From NCBI RefSeq assembly GCF_000400465.1, contig NW_008806274.1:150244-182243 (forward strand): a stretch of 32,000 nucleotides of DNA. The letters are read 5' to 3'. The notes below the pieces were generated by a model. It ran no database searches and had not been told where the DNA came from. It saw nothing but the letters and a program-made list of their open reading frames with translations. Origin of the DNA: Wallemia ichthyophaga EXF-994 (Eukaryota > Fungi > Basidiomycota). This document shows, in pieces, positions 22,186 through 32,000 of this stretch; position 1 is the stretch's first letter; the number at the start of each line of letters is the position of its first letter. The position numbers and the translations under genes are program-made.

Positions 22186-23140
22186 TGCAGAATATACCTT
22201 ACACCTCTTGACTTGGAAATACCAGCTTAAATGTAAACAAATGATCCGACTTTTTGATATACATGATTCCAATTCAGAAATGCATTGATTGGGAATATAC
22301 ACACTAGGTTTAGAGCTTCTCTTGACGAACCAAGCGCTATCAACCACTCTGTAAAACTTGTAGCGCTCATCTTGAGTCGAGTTTGAAGGAATAGGCGCAA
22401 TTGCTAGATATGGCTCGACTTGTAGCATTCCAGATTTGAGACAAGGCAAATTATTCTTCAGATGACTTTCGATTGCACCGATAAAGCGATAAGTACAAAG
22501 TCCTATAGAGGTGACAATCTCAAAGTGTGTAATATTCTAAGCATGATTGCAACTCCATATGTAAGGAAAGGGAGCGCGCAATCGTAGCTTTCTATTATGT
22601 TATCACTCAACATTTTGAGCTCTTTGATTCGACTGGCTCGCTGAACAAGTGCCAAGATCTGGGTATGTGGCTCTTTGTAATCAGAGATTGGACCAAATCC
22701 AACTTGAAAGGTTTGGATGGGTGGTATGGCCTTGACTATATCAAAATAGCTGAAAGGAGCGTTGAGCGTAGCAGCTGGCCCATTAATCTTGAGCTCTCTT
22801 AATTGGCCTAGAAAGAGTTTGAATCTAATTGTGCCCAATTTACGTTAAAAAATTGGCTTTTTGCTTTGTCTTTGATAAGATGGTCGAGATCCCGAATAAG
22901 CTGGTCTGAACGCGTGCCGTGGTGTGCTTTATCAATATCTCAAAAGATTTGGAATTTGCGCATGCCATGGCGTATTTCTGTCCTTCTTTTGATTTGTGGA
23001 TGATAAGACTGATGAATAGTAAGAGACCAGAATAGATATGGGTATGCGAGGTTATGCAGATGTTTGCATAGCTTTGAAAAGCCAACATTCACTTTGAGTA
23101 ACTGGATTAGGATATCATCCGGTAAATCGAAGAGATTCAC
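22186..23140 (-). pseudogene. Possible decayed F-box-like gene (copy 2)
   Basis: Identical duplicate of 17100-18054. Confidence 0.45.
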
Positions 23141-23251
23141 TGTGTTGGTTCAGATATGAGGCGAAGTGGGGTAAGAATAGACTATATCATACTTTATATA
23201 ATACTTTGCGGCTAACTACAATAAAAATAGGGTATATTCTCGACCAAATCG

Positions 23252-24990
23252 TTAAAACGAAACAACAACACCGACAATCGCAGCGATGAGACACCCTATA
23301 CAGAGGGGCACGCTGACGAGTGCAGCGATACGGCATCGAAGAACCCACCTGTCCGGATAATCACGTGTGAGAGGTGGGAGTAAGCTGAGGTCCGGATCGC
23401 TTGAAACGAATTTACGCGGTTTGACACCTTGTTTGAAGAGATGGTTGGCCGAAGTTGGATTGTTAGAAGAATCCTGGTTGCCCCAGCTGGTAGCTATAGA
23501 GGATTGCGATGGGTGTGCATCCATAGCAGCGCCGCTGTCACTTCTTGCGAAACTAGCACTGCCGCTCGAGCTATTTCTCTTGTGTGTTGGTTTTTCTGAC
23601 AGCGCAGTTTTCTCCTTATCGTTGTTCTGTTTCTCGGTCTCACGGATTTTGAATGCCAAGTTGATTTCATTCCATTCACTCGCCCAGTCCCTCCGCCTAT
23701 CATCTGCTTTGACTCTCTGCACAGCTGCGCCGTCACGCGAATCCAGCGTCCACCCACCAATCAGCCACACCGCGGGCCCGAAGAGGAAGCCCAAGAAAAA
23801 GCAGTTAGACGCCGCACTCGAGTTCTCAGCATCGAATATGCGTGCCAAAAAAGACTTGCTCTCCAGTCCTATATCCGGAACATCCTTTACGCTCTTAATT
23901 GCGTCTGACGGCAGTGAAGCTAGTGCTCTGGCCACCGACTGCGATGATGATGCTTGTGTGTTTTCTATGTCGTGCAAATCCGAGTCGTAGACATGGATAG
24001 AAATGTGACTATCAGAGTCCGAGCTGTTTTCTGTGGTATCTGGGATGTTTGCTGATGCAGATGGCGATAAAATGTCTAAAATAATTGTCAGGTACGCAAG
24101 GTATCGGACAAACTTCACCCACTGCTTTTTCGCATCTTTTCCCAGAATGAGGGCAGTCTTTGGCGCGAATTGGTGGTATCTTGACGGTCTTCGAAACTGC
24201 TGTCGTCGAATGCCGACTTGGGTTCGCCTTCTTCTTTGAATTTGACATTGTTCGCGAGCCTAGATGCATCGTTACTGTTGTTACGAGAGCTTGCTGGTGT
24301 TGGCGACCTAGGGCCATCAATTCCAGCCTCTTCTTCCTCCTCCTCCTCCTCATCATCACCTTGCTCTTCTTCAGGAACCTCTTCAATCCGTGAGTCGTTG
24401 TTCATAAGCTCTGTTGTGCGAGCATTCTTGAGAGTTTTAGGAGTGCGATGAGTGTTTCCAGGACTCATTGGGTGCAAGACCGGGGTTGAGGTTGTTCTAA
24501 ACTTGGGAGGTGTCGGTGGGGGTATGTAGTACAAACGCTCGACCGAAGGAGACGTTTGGGTGAGCTTTGGCGGTACTGCGAGGGGCGGGGATGCGTATAC
24601 TGGCTCTGGAGTTGGTGGTGGAGCGTTGTTCTTGCTATTCTCCTTGTCATTTTCAGCGCGTCGCTCCTCCTCATCGCCAATTACGATAAGGTCCGCGAGC
24701 TTGGTCTCATTATGAGTCTTTACATCACCCTTATCCTTCTCCAATCTTAAAGACGCGCTTATCGAGGGTGGTGTGTTAGTTAGCGAGGGCGGTGTGGATG
24801 GATGTACGCCGCTGCTGACATCAAAAAGAGAACTCGCGCTATCAGAGTCAAATAGAGATTCTCTTGGTGATTTGAGATCTTCTGAGTATAGCTGAGGATA
24901 GCGAGTGGTGTGAGCGGTGTGAGCAGTGTGTGTGGATGAGTTATTCAGCTGTAAAGGCGGTGGACGTTTTCTCTCTGAATCAAGTGACAT
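23252..24990 (-). CDS. Uncharacterised membrane protein (copy 2)
   Basis: Identical duplicate at offset 5086. Confidence 0.75.
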
Positions 24991-25215
24991 GCTCAAACCA
25001 ACGCTAAGCGTTCAACTCTACGCCCGCTATCGCATAATCCCCTTCAAAGCAGCAGATTCATACCAACCGGGATGAATCTGCGTACGCTTGCATTCCAAAC
25101 TAAATCACACAGCAGCCATGATGTACTCGTGGCTGTCTCCAAAAATTAAATTTGTACCAAACCGGTTACTCTCCAAGCCTTCTTCTCTCAGTGCGTCCAA
25201 CAAGTCCCTCCAGAA

Positions 25216-25837
25216 ATGTCGTCAAGCAATTCAGACAAAGAGGCGCACAGATCGAGCACCCATCCACGGATAGTCTGTGGCGCTGTGCCAATCGACTACG
25301 ACTCCAAACAGATACTGCTCATTTCCTCAAGGAAACACCAGGGCAATTGGGTACTCCCAAAGGGCGGATATGAGCTATCTGATGTGCGCCTGGAAACGGC
25401 AGCGTCGAGAGAGGCTTATGAGGAGGGTTTGTCAAATGCACGTAGCCGTGACTATCTTTGATGTAGATTACAGCCGGCGTGATTGGTCAAGTGAGGAATT
25501 TGATTCTATCAATCGACGACAAGCGGCCGATAAAAACGCTGTCTGATAGTGATCCTTTTATACCCAGAGCGCGTTACCACTTCTTCGAGTAGGTGGCTGC
25601 GTTGAAGTGGCGCTATTCGCATGCTCACCCAAATTAGAATATCAGTTGAAGATCTAAACAACACGTGGCCGGAATCTGTGAGTTGTGGTGGGATACATTG
25701 GTAACTCATCTAAACAGCATCAGAAGGAGCGTGAAAGGTGTTGGTTTTCATTGAGCGATGCGCTGCATAGAGTCAGCTGGAGGGACGAGCAGAGGGCTGC
25801 ACTTCTCGCGTGTAGCTTGAACCCGCCATCAAGTTAG
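25216..25837 (+). CDS. DDP1: Ddp1/Aps1-like diphosphoinositol/diadenosine polyphosphate Nudix hydrolase (intact)
   Basis: Nudix box LPKGGYELSDVRLETAASREAYEEAGV, LLISSRK, RYHFFE, WPES|..ERERCWFSL. Three introns; the third starts at 25678. Confidence 0.85.
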
Positions 25838-26514
25838 TACAAGTTATACAGCCTCAGCAGCTAGTTTGGATTAAGTCTTTGTATCATTATCTATATCTCA
25901 CCACATGTCTTGCAAGTCGTTCGATACATGCTTCTCGTGATTTTGCTAACGAGAAGGCCAAGGCCAAGGCACAAAGGAGTTCACCTATAAGAACAAATCA
26001 CTACAATGAAACGATACTTTAGGCTAACAAATATTAGTTATCGGCTTAAAATTTAGATCAGGGCGAAATACCGCAATCACTTTGACAAACGTGCGAAGAT
26101 GTAGTTACGTAGACCCTCGTCGTGTGATGATAGACCAAGTGGCGCGATTATTGCTTGAAGTGTATAAGCACAGTAGTAATACCAAGTTCTTAACGCATTC
26201 GGTACTTTTTTTTTTTGGCTCTTCGGGAGGCGACTTATGGGAGTACGGCCGGCATCATGATGTTTAGATTACTTAGCAAGATAAATTTAGACGCGGTGAA
26301 CGCTAAAGCTGTAATATCTCATTCAAGTGTTTGGAAACGCTACATCAGACATCACGCACAATCATCCTCATCATTGCCAAGATCAGTTATGTCATACGCA
26401 GATTAATTCTATGATTGAAATTCGAGCGATTATAATATTATTCTGGTATGTACGAAAGGTCAATTTTAAGTTAAATCAAAGTCTTTTGGTAAAAAGGATG
26501 CGATGCAAAATGTA

Positions 26515-26597
26515 TGACCGATGAGAGATTCGAACTCCCGACCTCCAGATAGCACCTTCTATTGGAATCTGTTGCGCTACCACTGCGCCAATCAGCC
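26515..26597 (-). tRNA. tRNA-Trp(CCA) with ~11-nt intron
   Basis: Reverse complement GGCTGATTGGCGCAGTGGTAGCGCAACAGATTCCAA[TAGAAGGTGCT]ATCTGGAGGTCGGGAGTTCGAATCTCTCATCGGTCA folds as a cloverleaf, with an A27-G43 mismatch and several G-U pairs. Confidence 0.87.
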
Positions 26598-27101
26598 TCT
26601 AAATTGGAGCTTCGAAACGTTAAATAAGTACCCATAATTAATAGATCTAACTATTTGCGCTGCAATTCGGCGAAATGCTACGCCTCACGAAATATTCAAA
26701 CCATAATTGACTACGTATCAAAAATACCTCGGTGGTTCTGTGTAATTGAAAACCATCAACAATTTACAAATTACGATGCTAGTCAAGAAACACTTCCAGT
26801 AAATTCAGCACCCCTTTGACTCCTCATGCTTTATGAAGTATTGATGGATGCAGTTTATAGTATATATCTCTTAAGAATATACTCAGATTTCATCATCATA
26901 ATCATCGGCGAAATCACGCAGGAAAGGGAGCTATAGGCATCTGACTTTCATGATGTAATACTCGAACAAAATCAATGTAATAATTCAGTCGGACATTCCC
27001 TAATCTCGCAAGTTGACACTCAAATATCAATAAAAGGATGTGAATGAGATAAATATGCGGTCTAGAAATACGAGATGATCATAGACAAATCACTTGACCC
27101 T

Positions 27102-29354
27102 TCAAGCCTTCTTATAGATGTCGAAGGGATCTCGTTTGATTTTCTTGTATGAATTCTTGGTTGGAGATGTGTGGTTACTACCAATTAATGCGATCTCTTG
27201 CTGCGTCAGACAGTCATCAAGGCTTAAGGCAGTGAGCTTGAAATAATGCTCAGTCTAGGAAATACTTACTGCTTGTTAATAGTATCGTTCGACATATTCG
27301 GATCGCCAGTGATGTTAAATTTCTTGGCGCAAACGGGACATTTGAGAATATCGGGTGCATCTGGAGCATTCGATGTACCTGCACACTCTTTCTCCGTTTC
27401 TTTGCGCTTTGGCTTTGGTATAAATACATCTACATCGCTATCACTCTCGTCGAGATCATCGAAGAAAGGTTTCTGTTGTGTCTTGAGGGTATCAGATGTA
27501 TGCTTGTCTTTAGATGCATCACTTGCTGTTGTATTTCCACTCTCATCGAGATCGTTGAAGAAAGGTTTTTGTTGTGTCTTGAGGGTATCAGATGTATGCT
27601 TGTCTTTAGATGCACCGCTTGCTGCTTCAATCTCCTTTTCTTTTCCGAGAACTGGCTTTTCGATGATTTCAACATCACTATCAGTGTCATTGGGGGTATG
27701 GTTTTTACTACTTTCCTGCTGCTGTTTGGTCAAGAACTGAGTGATTTCACCCCTAGCGCTGCCGACAAACTGTAGGTTAGTAAGACGCACTCCCAGTAGC
27801 CGCAGTGTCAATGGTAGCTCTCTCTCTAAGAGCCCTCTCGCGACTGGCCATATATCCTCAGAGGTGCACACGAAGCGCTCCACCGACATGGCCCGTGTGA
27901 AGTTCTCAAACGTGTGTTTCTTATACTTGAGCGTAACAGTACGTCCTTTGAACTGGGTTCTTCTAAGATCGGCTTCGAGTTCATGGCAGAGCATGTGCAA
28001 TTTCTCCAGAAGAGCAATGCTGTCTGAGAGAGGCTGGAATGTTTTCTCTGTGCCGACACTCTTCCTGTCTTCCCTGCAAGGTTTGTTAGCAGGCGGTTAA
28101 AGTGTGCTGCGCTGTACGCACTGCTTCGCTGGAGCGACAACGTTGCTGAATATACCGAGATAGGCGCGTAGGAGACCCTCCGACTGCAGCTCTTTGCGCA
28201 GGAGGTGTATCTCCACCAGATGTTCTGCTATATCGCCGCATGCATTAATACCGAGGGATTGTAGCAGACGCTCGTTGATGCGACCGATGCCAGGCACCTG
28301 CTCAAGTTGCAGTGCATCTGCGTAGCTAAAATCAACAACCCACCTTGCGTATCGGGAGATCTTTCATGAAAGCGCGTACGGCATCCAGGGAGAACTGCAT
28401 AGTATATTCACCATTTGGTTTGTTCTGTGGTGTGTGTTGGTGGCGTGCTTAGGTAAGTTATCACGCCTCACTTTATCTGAACAGATCTGGATTAAAGTTG
28501 TATTACGTCAGACGTATTTCTATGTGTATGTGCGCACCTTGGCTAATGTTTTGTTAGGTGCGACGCCCGTCGACACAGTGAGACCTGTCTCTGCATGCAC
28601 CGCGCTGCGTAGACGCTGCGAGACCTCTTGTGGCGTGAGGGCATGTTCATTCATGTACGCAGTCACGCTTGAGGATTGTGAGTATGACACTACTCAGCAC
28701 TCTTTACCCACTTGAGATACGCTTCATCAAGCGATGCTGCTGCCATATTCTCGTCGAATCGCGCGAAGATATCCATCACCTGCCTGGACTGCATAGTAAT
28801 GTGAATGAGTGCCATAGAACACTCCACCAACCCACCTTATCGACATATCTTTCCATCCGCATGGGGACTTCAATGAAATGATCGCACAACTTCCGCGCTA
28901 TGAAGCACGGCATGGCTGAGCGAATGCCATACTTTCGCGCTTCGTAAGACGCAGTCGTGAGGATGCCTTTACCGACGCCAAATGGCTTTCCATGGAGATC
29001 TGGGTTGTCGAGCACTTCCACGGCAGCGTAAAACATATCCATGTCACAATGCATTATAAATTGGCTCAAGTCGCGCTCAGCGTCCATATTCTTTAGTGTG
29101 CTATGTACGGAGTGCAATATTGACGACTGATTTGCATTCTCCAAGCGCTGTTTGAGAATATTTTGGATAGCGGCTACTTTCGCCGTTGTGTGCTCGTCAC
29201 GCTTTACCTCATTGTTGAAGAAGCGTCCGCCTTTGCTGGCATCGTGGATAATGTGGTTGATGCGCTCTTGGTTGGAATCTAGACCAGCCTTGCCAGCGGA
29301 AGGACCGGCTAGCCTGCGTAGCAGACTGTTGCTATCTGATGATGATGACGACAT
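27102..29354 (-). CDS. POLK: Y-family DNA polymerase kappa (DinB) with C-terminal UBZ4
   Basis: HCDMDMFYAAVE, TTASYEARKYGIRSAMP, SLDEAYL, VPGIGRI, RKSVGTERTF, LRLLGVRL. UBZ CPVC...INKH|LDDC is completed by intron 27223-27269. About 7 introns. Confidence 0.93.
27442..27624. repeat. In-frame 96-bp-period tandem duplication inside POLK
   Basis: 27442-27528 vs 27538-27624, 6 mismatches in 87 bp by eye; encodes ASKDKHTSDTLKTQQKPFF(N/D)DLDES twice. Confidence 0.92.
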
Positions 29355-29397
29355 GTAAACAAGAATGCAAAAAATACAATAAGCTGAGAAAAATCAG

Positions 29398-30123
29398 CTA
29401 GTCAATTTCAATTGGCGTCTTATCAGTGACTTTCTGCCGTTTGTTGGCGTGATTTTGGGTGTCTTGGTCTTCATCGCTGTCCAAGCTAATCGTATTGCTC
29501 GATTTAGGTGTTACTTTAGGAAGGGCGTTCTCAGAAGTCATTTTACGAGCGACCTAAAGAGAATGTAAGCAGAGTCAGAGAGGGTATAACGCATGCAGCG
29601 CGCTCACTTGATCGTGATCATTTTTATCTTGCTTGTAGTGCTTTGCGATTTGAGAGTCAAGGGGATCATCTGGCTGTCTAAGTCATGTTGATCGACAAAG
29701 CTTATCAACTCACCAGTATTACAGTCAGTGAGCAAAGAAGATATGGACAAAACGACTTTCTGTAAGGATAATGCAGGAGACCATTTAGATTTGAGGATAT
29801 CCAAACAAATGTTGCCAAGTCTATTTATGTTACAGTGATAGATTTTAGTTAAAAATTTCACTTGTGGTGGGGAGAAAGGGTAGTCGGGTGGTATAGTGAT
29901 GCTAATTTCAAATCTGCCAGCATCATATGGGCTACCCTCTGGGCCATCAATGATAGCCTTCCACTCAAAAGGGAAATCAGGATTTACTGGGGATAGCGAA
30001 ATACCAACAAGTGGCTCATTTTTAATATCTTTCATCTAATCCACTAGTCAAATTGATAATATTATTTCAACCAAAACACACCTCCTTATGAAGACGCTTG
30101 ATCGTTACTGTTTTAGAAGACAT
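29398..30123 (-). CDS. Ubiquitin-conjugating enzyme E2 (UBC4/UBE2D-E-like core) with C-terminal extension
   Basis: [14 protein letters not shown]|MKDI...[38 protein letters not shown]...DCNT|DDPL; three introns. The last exon encodes ...[22 protein letters not shown]. Confidence 0.9.
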
Positions 30124-30251
30124 TTGAAAGTGATATTGAGATGATGGATGTAAAGAAGGAAAGACGAATTAATACTAATAATTAAATATTTTCCAATTTT
30201 AAGTAATTTATATCTTATCCACCAACCATCACAACCTTCACTGCCTAATCA

Positions 30252-32000
30252 ATGGACGCAGACGATGACGAGATTTTAATTGATAGTAGCGCTGAATTAG
30301 AATTTGGGGAGCGTATAAGTCCCAGCCATCGGAATCCGAGCACTCCTACACCACCTCACAAGAAACTGAACATAACGGCGGAATTGGAATCCACAATGAT
30401 CCTACGTGATTTAGAACAATTAGAAGCTGAGGATGAAGATTTAGATAAGACTAATAGTTTCGATTTTTATGCAGAATTGGGCGAATTTGATAAACATTTG
30501 AGTAAATTGAGACAATCAAAGAATTACTTGAAGAGGAGAGAATTACAGCGGGAGGCTGACAGATTTCAATCTGCTGAATATGAATCAAAACAGCCTTCAA
30601 ATAGATTCACAAAGTCGCGCAAACGTAAAGTTAGTAACGATCAAGGCGATAGAAGGTATTCTTATATGAGAGGTCCTCCCACTCCACGCAGATTAGCTGA
30701 TAAAAGCTGGATTGATGGTCTTAGTGGTCATGATGATCAGAGTGCTCATGATGATAAGGATGAAAACAAGAAAAGCGATGGAAAGGATTTACATGGTGAA
30801 AATGATGAACTAGACGACTTATTGCAAGATTATACTTTTGACAATCATTTGAGACATCTTCCAGAACAACCAACAAACAACCAACATCACTCACCTCCCA
30901 GTCCAACTGAAAATGACTCAATCATTAATACAAATGCTGACATGTCATCAAAATCAGCAAATGAACCATTCCCTCAAATTAAGCAAGAATCGTCACTGCC
31001 TGACGTGATTGATAAGGATTATCATCAGGCGCCTTCTTCACAGCAACCTCAACAAAACTCATCGACGTTTCAATTTTCACCAAATTCAAATCAGCTTCAC
31101 TCAACGAGCGGAAAGAGCCACAATTTTAACCTTGATGTTGACCGTGGTAATAATCATGATAAGAGTCATGATACTAGTGACAACATCAGCCACGATATCA
31201 GCCACATTAACAACCAAGATACCCGAGCAAATCACTCTAATCTCAATGCAACCATACTCCCTCACGTCGACAATGTTCTAAGTCCCAACAACGAAGCCAT
31301 AGTGGAGATATACAGCGAAGATCCAGCAGTAGCAGCCCATGCGACTAAAGTTCTCCAGCTGGTGAGTTGCACCTAGAGGTATTACATCATACTTACCACT
31401 TGTAGCCCAACAGGAACATAGAAACAGGCGAACATCCTCAGCTCTTCTACGCGAAAAAGATGCAAAAAGCGGAGAATGAGATAGAAATGAGTATGCCGCA
31501 TGTGTTTGGAGGAGGTGACAAGCAAAGTATGCATGATCAGACACTTGAACATGAGCAAAGTCATGCGCACTCGCAGGCACAATTACAATTGCACACGGAT
31601 AATCATAGCCATTCTCTATCGCGGCAGTCGACGGAAATATTTTCACCCCAGCTATCCACTCTTCCGCCCGCACCCGATTTCACCAAACGTTTAAGCAGTG
31701 TATGGGGACGCGAAAACTGGAAAGCGCTGGAGCGAACGTTCAACAGATGCAAAAAGGATGCAGTAAATGATGTGGAGACTGTAGTGAGTGAATTTCTCGA
31801 TGAATGGGGAGTGTCACGCAAGAGAGCAATCGGAGATTTGAATCCGTGAGTTAAAATTTTGTTTGTTTTGAGAAACAATAGAGTCTAATTACATACGCAT
31901 GCAGTGATAAGATATTCAACAGAGTGCGCGCACTCGAAATAAAACAAGTCGACAGACAGCGGAGAAGAATGACGCGACGTTCACAGTCACAGTCGCGGGG
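30252..32000 (+). CDS. Low-complexity hypothetical protein, partial (continues past the window end)
   Basis: 374-aa ORF, intron after VLQL, second exon ending WGRENWKALERTF...IGDLN, intron, then an open frame PDKIFNRVRALEIKQ... to the end of the window. Confidence 0.65.

Larger units (their letters stand above)
20768..25678. repeat. Tandem segmental duplication, copy 2
   Basis: Same as copy 1; identity ends at ...GGCCGGAATCTG (20592/25678). Confidence 0.97.

Noticed and set aside
25900-26500. Small ORFs between DDP1 and tRNA-Trp
   Set aside because: Short, non-ATG or without recognisable homology.
1-26597. tRNA exportin in the same window as two intron-containing tRNA genes
   Set aside because: They are 12-23 kb apart and tRNA genes are common; no evidence of functional clustering.
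26700-26760. YQKYLG resembling the reverse transcriptase KYLG motif upstream of tRNA-Trp
   Set aside because: Six residues flanked by stops, with no other RT motifs nearby.

Overview
Gene-dense, intron-rich fungal genomic DNA. Introns are mostly about 44-55 nt and several intergenic gaps are only 40-100 bp; protein style suggests a compact basidiomycete such as Wallemia (inference). Left part: exportin-T (LOS1), an arrestin-like gene, a MadBub-type BUB1 kinase, GINS SLD5, ATP synthase subunit g, a decayed intron-retaining HSP78/ClpB remnant, a minimal LAS1, a Slm1-like BAR-PH gene and tRNA-Ser(TGA). Centre: a near-identical ~4.9 kb direct tandem duplication (15674-20592 and 20768-25678). Each copy starts inside the 3' end of a degenerate LINE and carries HSBP1, a decayed F-box-like gene, an unknown membrane protein and a DDP1-like Nudix hydrolase. 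The first Nudix copy is cut at an exon/intron boundary and fused to a 175-bp junction that reads as further LINE sequence. Right part: tRNA-Trp(CCA), DNA polymerase kappa with a 96-bp internal duplication, an E2 enzyme with a SIM-like tail, and a partial hypothetical gene. Exon structures were inferred by eye; an assembly artefact cannot be excluded for the duplication.
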